Virus record (IMG/VR): IMGVR_UViG_3300034107_000607
DNA: 20,000 nt
Origin: an uncultured virus (IMG/VR IMGVR_UViG_3300034107_000607)
Taxonomy: Duplodnaviria > Heunggongvirae > Uroviricota > Caudoviricetes
Strand: one strand, 5' to 3'
The translations under genes and the position numbers were made by a program. Below, piece after piece: positions 14,886 to 20,000 of the stretch. How positions within the stretch are numbered: the first letter of the stretch is position 1; each line of letters opens with the position of its first letter. The notes beneath the pieces are model-generated. The model was not told the origin of the DNA, searched no databases, and saw nothing but the letters and a program-made list of their open reading frames with translations.

Positions 14886-14998
14886 AGGATCAATACAGCA
14901 ATTTTAACAACCAGTAGATTGTAGGTTCAAGTCCTACCTTAGATCACACAAGATCTTTGTGGCCAAATGGTAAAGGCAACCGGCAAATAAATGATCCT
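14886..14998 (+). ncRNA. CAGCAA-stem RNA 3 with permuted T/acceptor/D module
   Basis: AGGATCA/TGATCCT stem. GTAGG-TTCAAGT-CCTAC precedes GCC-AAATGGTAAA-GGC. Confidence 0.75.
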
Positions 14999-15110
14999 GA
15001 TATTAGAGTCTCTTAAAGAGAGACGATACCCTTGCATCGTGACCCTGAAACTGTGATGCAATATTATTTTATGGGTGGCAGTCTGGAGAGTGACAGACAA
15101 ACATTTTCTG

Positions 15111-15139
15111 TTGACATTCGTATAGAATCAGTTTATACT
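15111..15139 (+). promoter_or_regulatory. sigma70-type early promoter
   Basis: TTGACA-N17-TATACT. Confidence 0.9.
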
Positions 15140-15168
15140 AATAATATACGGAATGAAAAGGAAACACG

Positions 15169-15423
15169 ATGAAAGTCACTTCAATCTACGGTAAAGAATT
15201 TGATATTACTGTAGGAACCGAAGTATTTGTTCCATGCCGCAATCGTGGTGGTCACGGTGCTTGGGTTAAAGTGACAAAGGTGAATAAAATGTCTTTTAAA
15301 GGTGTTGAAGAAAAAGGTTCATACACACCAGGTACCAATTGGTCAGTTCATAAAGACTCGGTGTTTGCCGTTGTAGAACGACCTGAAGGTAAAGGTTGGA
15401 TGAAGAATTGGATTAACGATTGA
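15169..15423 (+). CDS. hypothetical protein
   Basis: 84 aa with AAGGA RBS. The stop lies within the next -35 box. Confidence 0.85.
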   Translation: MKVTSIYGKEFDITVGTEVFVPCRNRGGHGAWVKVTKVNKMSFKGVEEKGSYTPGTNWSVHKDSVFAVVERPEGKGWMKNWIND

Positions 15424-15448
15424 CATTTCTATAGAATCGGTTTATACT
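15420..15448 (+). promoter_or_regulatory. sigma70-type promoter
   Basis: TTGACA-N17-TATACT. Confidence 0.9.
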
Positions 15449-15474
15449 AATAATATAACCGAGTACCAATTCGT

Positions 15475-15549
15475 TGGGGGATAGTTCAGTGGTAGAGCGC
15501 CTGACTTTGAATCAGGATGTCGGAGGTTCGAGCCCTCCTCCCCCAGCCA
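15475..15549 (+). tRNA. tRNA-Gln(TTG)
   Basis: U1-A72, loop CTTTGAA, G73, CCA. Confidence 0.95.
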
Positions 15550-15581
15550 AATTTATATGATCATGAATAGAAAGAAAATAT

Positions 15582-15797
15582 ATGGAACTTTTAGTAATTC
15601 TAATTACAGCTGCTCTTATGGCATGGTTGAATCACTATCTTGCTACCGAACGTGGCCGTAATGCAATTGGATGGGCTGTAGGTGGTGCAATTTTTGGACT
15701 GCTATCTACAATTTTACTACTAATTCTTGGTAAAACAGAAGAGAAGCAGATTGAAATTGCAACACGAGTTGCTTCTGCTGTTAATAGCAAAGAGTAA
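15582..15797 (+). CDS. small two-TM membrane protein
   Basis: Hydrophobic helices flanking ATERGRNAIGW. Confidence 0.8.
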   Translation: MELLVILITAALMAWLNHYLATERGRNAIGWAVGGAIFGLLSTILLLILGKTEEKQIEIATRVASAVNSKE

Positions 15798-15806
15798 TAT
15801 TTTTAT

Positions 15807-15881
15807 CCTAGGTAAGGTGTAATGGTTGCACTCCTCACTGTGACTGAGGAAGATGAGGTTCGAATCCTCTACCTAGGACCA
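15807..15881 (+). tRNA. tRNA-His(GTG), 8/4 type, A73
   Basis: CCTAGGTA/TACCTAGG acceptor, GAGG/CCTC T stem, loop CTGTGAC. Confidence 0.9.
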
Positions 15882-15987
15882 AATTTAGAAGATTGTACAA
15901 TGGCGGTTTCGGGACACCGGTCCTACAGAGGTGATGCTCTGCGTCTAGTCAATCGGAAGCAGTTTTACGGTGTCTGCGACAAACCGA

Positions 15988-15995
15988 TATAAATA
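15988..15995 (+). promoter_or_regulatory. T4-type late promoter
   Basis: TATAAATA inside ATATAAATAATTCTA, 8 nt before CAGCAA-stem RNA 4. Confidence 0.7.
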
Positions 15996-16003
15996 ATTCT
16001 AAA

Positions 16004-16062
16004 AGGATCAGTTCCGCAAACAAGCGAAAATTTCAATTTTGGTTTGAAAAACAAATGATCCT
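16004..16062 (+). ncRNA. CAGCAA-stem RNA 4 (minimal, Gln-like anticodon hairpin)
   Basis: AGGATCA-GTT-CCGCAA...TGATCCT with TTTCAA-TTTTGGT-TTGAAA. Confidence 0.65.
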
Positions 16063-16071
16063 GCTTATAAT

Positions 16072-16153
16072 GCTCGCGTACGCCCCACCGCTACGAACGG
16101 TGCCAAAGCTAACTGGAGGTAAGATGTAGGTTCGAGTCCTATCGCGAGTACCA
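16072..16153 (+). ncRNA. D-armless or rearranged tRNA-Arg(ACG)-like RNA
   Basis: GCTCGCG/CGCGAGT-A-CCA, CACCG-CTACGAA-CGGTG and a normal T arm. Confidence 0.7.
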
Positions 16154-16243
16154 AAATCCAAAGGCTCTGCAAACATCGAAGCATCCTTTACGGTTGTAGA
16201 GACCGCTCTGCAAAGGTGTGACACCAGGGAGAGACCGACCAAA

Positions 16244-16251
16244 TATAAATA
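16244..16251 (+). promoter_or_regulatory. T4-type late promoter
   Basis: TATAAATA inside the same 15-mer as at 15987. Confidence 0.7.
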
Positions 16252-16263
16252 ATTCTATCCAAC

Positions 16264-16530
16264 ATGAAAGATAGTTTAATGTTTCAAGCTTTTGTGATTA
16301 TCTGTGCTGCAAGTACTACATTTCAAATATACGAAGACATGTGTTTTTTTTCAAATGATACATGGGGTCCATATAAAACAGAAGAAAATTGTGGTATTCG
16401 AGCTAGACAGATGGTTTTGGAAGTGACAGAAGGTTCATTAAATGAGACAACATTCTTCGTGCTTGGTTTCCCTGAACAAATTTATGCTGAAGGGTTTTGT
16501 AAAAAACTTGATGAAGATCCAGAAGCATAA
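16264..16530 (+). CDS. hypothetical protein with hydrophobic N-terminus and Cys residues
   Basis: 88-aa ORF after the late promoter. Start uncertain. Confidence 0.65.
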   Translation: MKDSLMFQAFVIICAASTTFQIYEDMCFFSNDTWGPYKTEENCGIRARQMVLEVTEGSLNETTFFVLGFPEQIYAEGFCKKLDEDPEA

Positions 16531-16602
16531 GTAAAAGAATTGTTGACATTTTGAAAATATTGTGGGCAAAGTCAAAAGAGGTATTGGTTCATATTAAATA
16601 AA

Positions 16603-16681
16603 AGGATCAGTTCAGTAAACAATCTGGATAAAAACAAATCTTCAAAATTTGAATAAGTGGTTCAATTCCACAATTGATCCT
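16603..16681 (+). ncRNA. CAGCAA-stem RNA 5 (UCA anticodon arm plus T arm)
   Basis: AGGATCAG/TTGATCCT stem enclosing CAAAT-CTTCAAA-ATTTG and GTGG-TTCAATT-CCAC. Confidence 0.7.
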
Positions 16682-16692
16682 GTAAAGACCCA

Positions 16693-16756
16693 AGGATGGG
16701 TTCAGCAAAAAAGAAAGCAACAAACATTTAATTTGTAAACGCTCAAAAACCATCCT
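16693..16756 (+). ncRNA. CAGCAA-stem RNA 6
   Basis: AGGATGG-GTT-CAGCAA...CCATCCT with compensatory stem changes. Confidence 0.65.
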
Positions 16757-16763
16757 GACTAAT

Positions 16764-16848
16764 GCCCCTATGGTGAAATTGGCAGTCGCGGCAGACTCAA
16801 AATTTGTTTCCGAAAGGAGTCCCGGTTCGAGTCCGGGTAGGGGCACCA
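16764..16848 (+). tRNA. tRNA-Leu(CAA)
   Basis: Class II cloverleaf, CCA. Confidence 0.95.
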
Positions 16849-16858
16849 CCAAATACAT

Positions 16859-16964
16859 GTTTCTGTAATTCAGCGGTAGAAGGGCACCCCAGCTATGATG
16901 GTAAGATACACCGAAAAAGAACTGGCTCTGCGGGACGTGGGTTCGAATCCCACCAGAAACCCCA
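16859..16964 (+). ncRNA. tRNA-like RNA with a long insertion in place of the anticodon loop
   Basis: GTTTCTG/CAGAAAC-C-CCA with normal D and T arms. Confidence 0.7.
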
Positions 16965-17001
16965 TAGCAATAATGCTAGCAACCCGCAAGGAGAATTAAA
17001 A

Positions 17002-17208
17002 ATGAGTTACCGTAAACTTGAAGTAGACGGCAATGTGTTCGAGTATTCCATTGGAAAAACTCACACGAAGATCAGAGGTGTTGGTGCATATCAAAACAAC
17101 GAGGTTGGATACGTAATATCGGACCGCGAAGTTCGCGTCCGCCCGAGTGACATTGCAACCTTCATCAAGCAAAATAAATTGAAAGTAAAAAGTGAAAACA
17201 CTAGATGA
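17002..17208 (+). CDS. hypothetical protein (MSYRKLEVDG...)
   Basis: AGGAG RBS before ATG 17002. The upstream extension in the ORF track runs over RNA genes. Confidence 0.8.
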   Translation: MSYRKLEVDGNVFEYSIGKTHTKIRGVGAYQNNEVGYVISDREVRVRPSDIATFIKQNKLKVKSENTR

Positions 17209-17440
17209 AAAGCGTGAGTTCTACGAGAACTGTGCTGAAATACTAAAAATAGATCATAATTACCATGATCCTGTTCCTAGAAGAACAAGATGGAACACGA
17301 GGTTTCTTGGTAATGGCCGTTACCCAGGTTTCGGTCTAGTCCAATGTTTCGGTTCTTCTGTGAGAGTGGTAAGTAAACATGGAACTAAATTGTTTAAAAC
17401 ATACGAAGAAACATACGAATATCTGAAAAGAATCGGTTGA
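17192..17440 (+). CDS. hypothetical protein
   Basis: 82 aa with GTG start. The stop lies within the next -35 box. Confidence 0.75.
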   Translation: MKTLDEKREFYENCAEILKIDHNYHDPVPRRTRWNTRFLGNGRYPGFGLVQCFGSSVRVVSKHGTKLFKTYEETYEYLKRIG

Positions 17441-17464
17441 CATTTCACAATTTTGGTATATATT
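17437..17464 (+). promoter_or_regulatory. sigma70-type promoter
   Basis: TTGACA-N16-TATATT. Confidence 0.7.
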
Positions 17465-17494
17465 AATAATATAAACACAAACAAAGGAAACCAA

Positions 17495-17668
17495 ATGAAA
17501 AATCTCGCAGTTGCTTTTAAAGTTCCAGCAGTTTTTGTCTCCATGCACGAGAAAACTCTTCTAGTCCCTTCAATGGTTCTATCGACTCTTTCTATCTGTA
17601 TTTTGACCACGTTCCTTCCGCAGTTGATGCCTCTCTGGATGCAACTTGCGACAGTGCCGAGTAAATGA
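17495..17668 (+). CDS. small hydrophobic protein
   Basis: AAGGA RBS before ATG 17495. Confidence 0.7.
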   Translation: MKNLAVAFKVPAVFVSMHEKTLLVPSMVLSTLSICILTTFLPQLMPLWMQLATVPSK

Positions 17669-17669
17669 A

Positions 17670-17978
17670 ATGAAAAAAGTATTTTTGGTGCTTGCAGTCA
17701 CACTATTTCCAATGCAAGCACCTGCACAGACATCATTTAGCACTTCAAATAGTGTTTCACAATTTGCATCAAACATTGGATCAAAGGTTACAATTCAACT
17801 TAGGTCTGATACTCCTTCTTCAAGTCGTGGAAATTTTTTACAAACATTTTCATATAACAACGGTGTGACCAATTTCAACCGAAGTTTTAATATTACTGGT
17901 AGTACAAACTTCAAGATTGATTCACAAATCAATAGTACTACAACTACATTCACAAACAACCCGAAGTTCAAGTGGTAA
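17670..17978 (+). CDS. putative exported Ser/Thr/Asn-rich protein
   Basis: Signal-peptide-like MKKVFLVLAVTLFPMQAPA. Confidence 0.65.
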   Translation: MKKVFLVLAVTLFPMQAPAQTSFSTSNSVSQFASNIGSKVTIQLRSDTPSSSRGNFLQTFSYNNGVTNFNRSFNITGSTNFKIDSQINSTTTTFTNNPKFKW

Positions 17979-18000
17979 TAAATAATTGAAAGACATAATC

Positions 18001-18117
18001 ATGACTAATCCAATTCAGCGTTACATTGATACTCCAAAGGCGGGTCGTCTTGCACCTCAACCTAATATGGATCTTGGTGTAACACATATTGTTAAATGGT
18101 TGCTTCGTTTGAAGTAA
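18001..18117 (+). CDS. 38-aa hypothetical peptide (MTNPIQRYIDTPKAG...)
   Basis: The ORF fills the spacer. Weak RBS. Confidence 0.5.
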   Translation: MTNPIQRYIDTPKAGRLAPQPNMDLGVTHIVKWLLRLK

Positions 18118-18125
18118 ACAATAAT

Positions 18126-18200
18126 GCTGATGTAGCACAGCGGTAGTGCACTTCATTGGTAATGAAGAGGTCATGAGTTCGATCCTCATCATCAGCACCA
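18126..18200 (+). tRNA. tRNA-Thr(GGT)
   Basis: Canonical cloverleaf, CCA. Confidence 0.96.
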
Positions 18201-18213
18201 AAACAAAATTTCA

Positions 18214-18319
18214 AGTTTGTGTACAGCAATCAATTAAAATCATAGCATAGGTCGTAAGCTTCGGCAACAAGATCACAACAGTTTTCGATTTTCTGTCCAA
18301 AAAAGTAGACACACAAACT
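18214..18319 (+). ncRNA. CAGCAA-stem RNA 7
   Basis: AGTTTGT-GTA-CAGCAA...ACAAACT-G. The stem is largely changed but still paired. Confidence 0.65.
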
Positions 18320-18325
18320 GTTAAT

Positions 18326-18401
18326 GATCCCGTAGCTCAGATGGTTAGAGCATGCTCTCTAAAAGCAAATGTCGTGGGTTCGAGTCCCACTGGGGTCACC
18401 A
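18326..18401 (+). tRNA. probable amber suppressor tRNA(CTA)
   Basis: TGCT-CTCTAAA-AGCA anticodon arm with normal D, T and acceptor arms, A73, CCA. One nucleotide short 5' of the anticodon stem. Confidence 0.7.
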
Positions 18402-18531
18402 TAAATTTCAGTGCTGAATGTGACGGCCAACTTAATATTAGCTCTCAGAGAGTCTCTGATATTAAGTGCTGAAACGCGAGCGGGGAGTGTTCACATACCC
18501 GAAACTTAACACTAAACGAAAGGGTAATACA

Positions 18532-18795
18532 ATGTCTTTATAGGTTGAACTGAGGTGTGATGATGTGGTTTTCCACTTCAACAAGAAACACCTCGAAGAT
18601 TCTAGCATACCGATGTGGGTGCTAAAAGCAAAAGGACAAACCTACTATGTCAATCATGTTGACTGTAACAAGTCCTGGAGCACAAAGGAATCACCTGATA
18701 ACCCAAGTACCAAAGGTGCTATCAAGGTTAAAAAGTGTATTCTGAAAATTGACGGTGATCATAATGCGATCATTGAAGATTGGGCACCTCCCTAA
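18532..18795 (+). CDS. hypothetical protein with in-frame TAG at codon 4 (alternative start GTG 18565)
   Basis: GAAAGGGT RBS, then ATG TCT TTA TAG GTT GAA..., in frame with the 18565 ORF. Confidence 0.65.
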
Positions 18796-18855
18796 CAGTA
18801 GTTTGAATATTAACACTACCAATGTTACAAATCAAATCAATGTTAGGAGAACATA

Positions 18856-19230
18856 ATGTCTATTGAACTAAAAGTAAAATCAAAGCACCTCAGTGTTGAA
18901 GCACGTATCATTCGTCACGAAGAGAACAAACTCAAGCGACAAATTGAATGGAAAAAGCAGAATGAGCAAGACCAAGAAGCTGAACGAAGCCAATGGTTCT
19001 CTCTAAACGAACACCGTCGATGGAACGTACGTAATGAGAATAGAGCAACATTTCTTGCCCGAGCTTACATCGCTGGTAAAGCATACAAGAATGTAGAACA
19101 GAAGAGAAAATATGATCGTGAAAATTTGTTTTACCAAAACATACTTCCTCGAGTTCTCACACTTGTAAAGAAATACTCTAACCCTAATCTCGATCTAAAG
19201 CATATCACTGCTTGGGTTGATGTAGACTAA
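18856..19230 (+). CDS. hypothetical protein
   Basis: 124 aa with AGGAG RBS. Confidence 0.85.
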   Translation: MSIELKVKSKHLSVEARIIRHEENKLKRQIEWKKQNEQDQEAERSQWFSLNEHRRWNVRNENRATFLARAYIAGKAYKNVEQKRKYDRENLFYQNILPRVLTLVKKYSNPNLDLKHITAWVDVD

Positions 19231-19311
19231 AGAGTCTTACTGCTCTTAAATCAGTAAGTGGTCGGAGCGAGATTCCTGGGCATGAAGTAAAACTGCCCAT
19301 TTATAGTTTTT

Positions 19312-19386
19312 GCTAGTGTAGCATAGAGGTAGTGCAACTGTCTCGTAAACAGTAGGTCGTGAGTTCAATTCTCACCACTAGCACCA
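19312..19386 (+). tRNA. tRNA-Thr(CGT)
   Basis: Canonical cloverleaf, CCA. Confidence 0.95.
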
Positions 19387-19388
19387 AA

Positions 19389-19513
19389 TTTGAGGTAAGT
19401 AAAGTCTGAATACGCCGGATTGGTACCCGTAGGCATAGGTTCAGAGCAGATCGGCCAATCTGCAAAAGGAGCATGGGCACCACACTTTGTGGAGATACCG
19501 CACCTGCCTCAAA
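19389..19513 (+). ncRNA. unidentified multibranch RNA
   Basis: TTTGAGGTA/TGCCTCAAA closing stem with three internal hairpins. Confidence 0.45.
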
Positions 19514-19521
19514 CTTTTATG

Positions 19522-19549
19522 TTGACATATCCACGTGGTAGTATATACT
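19522..19549 (+). promoter_or_regulatory. sigma70-type promoter
   Basis: TTGACA-N16-TATACT. Confidence 0.75.
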
Positions 19550-19586
19550 AAATAAGTGATAAACAATATAACCTAAAGGAAATACA

Positions 19587-19790
19587 TTGGGTAAAGCATC
19601 CGACTACAAAATTACGTCGTATTACAGCACTCTTGCACCAACTGTTGAAAAGTTTCAAATTATCTATGCTGGTAAACCATATGGCACATATAAGACATAT
19701 GATGAAGCAGCTTCAGCGGTTAAAAGTTTAGTAAAAGATGCGTGGTTTTTTGACCGCGGATATACAAGAAAAGATCGAGCTGCCTGGTAA
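19587..19790 (+). CDS. hypothetical protein
   Basis: TTG start with AAGGA RBS after the promoter. Confidence 0.7.
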   Translation: MGKASDYKITSYYSTLAPTVEKFQIIYAGKPYGTYKTYDEAASAVKSLVKDAWFFDRGYTRKDRAAW

Positions 19791-19819
19791 AAGGATAAAT
19801 ATATCTGAAGGTTAATTTG

Positions 19820-19911
19820 GGGGGTGAGAACTAGAGGGGCTCTAGGACCGCCTGCTAAGCGGATCGTGCCACTAATACTGGTATGGGAATCGTACTCCCC
19901 CGCCCCCGCCA
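19820..19911 (+). tRNA. tRNA-Ser(GCT), 8/4-like
   Basis: Loop CTGCTAA, long variable arm, G73, CCA, T loop ATCGTAC. Confidence 0.85.
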
Positions 19912-19928
19912 AACTTTGGAGATATTCG

Positions 19929-20000
19929 ATGTTTACAAACGAATTTGACTTTGATGAAACTGTGACAACCATAATGGACGAAGGTGCCGATTATGAAGAT
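19929..20000 (+). CDS. hypothetical protein, 3'-truncated (MFTNEFDFDETVTT...)
   Basis: GGAG RBS. The frame is open to the window end. Confidence 0.7.
   Translation, partial: MFTNEFDFDETVTTIMDEGADYED

Noticed and set aside
16635..16651. Selenocysteine tRNA
   Set aside because: The UCA arm has no acceptor stem, CCA or long variable arm. It is reported as CAGCAA RNA 5 instead.
16846..16851. CCACCA 3' end on tRNA-Leu(CAA)
   Set aside because: A single instance that is trimmable to CCA and is plausibly chance.
18411..18476. Hammerhead ribozyme (CTGA...GAAAC)
   Set aside because: The core reads CTGAATGTGA rather than CTGANGA, and the stems do not fit.
19951..19963. Third copy of TTGATGAAACTGT
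   Set aside because: It lies inside a coding frame (FDETV) and lacks the closing stem.

Overview
This window comes from a T4-like (myovirus-type) phage, and essentially everything is on the + strand. The host is probably an alphaproteobacterium, inferred from a tRNA-His that lacks G-1 and has A73. Positions 1-7373 hold the type II topoisomerase genes (fused gp39/60 and gp52), a Pol-beta/RlaP-like nucleotidyltransferase, two HExxH peptidase-like genes and small early genes behind repeated sigma70-type promoters. Positions 7400-20000 are a large tRNA region with about 28 CCA-encoding tRNA genes, including 8/4-type Ser and His tRNAs and a probable amber (CUA) suppressor. Small promoter-ORF cassettes and many non-canonical structured RNAs are interspersed. 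The main unexplained systems are: (1) seven RNAs sharing a 7-bp terminal stem followed by NT(A/T)CAGCAA, which carry circularly permuted tRNAs or anticodon hairpins (Y RNA-like or decoy candidates); (2) an amber tRNA next to a gene whose fourth codon is TAG; (3) a late-promoter leader-peptide attenuator in front of the tRNA array; (4) four rrn-like boxA elements, each followed by a stem-enclosed RNA from one of two further repeat families. All RNA structures were paired by eye and were not computed.
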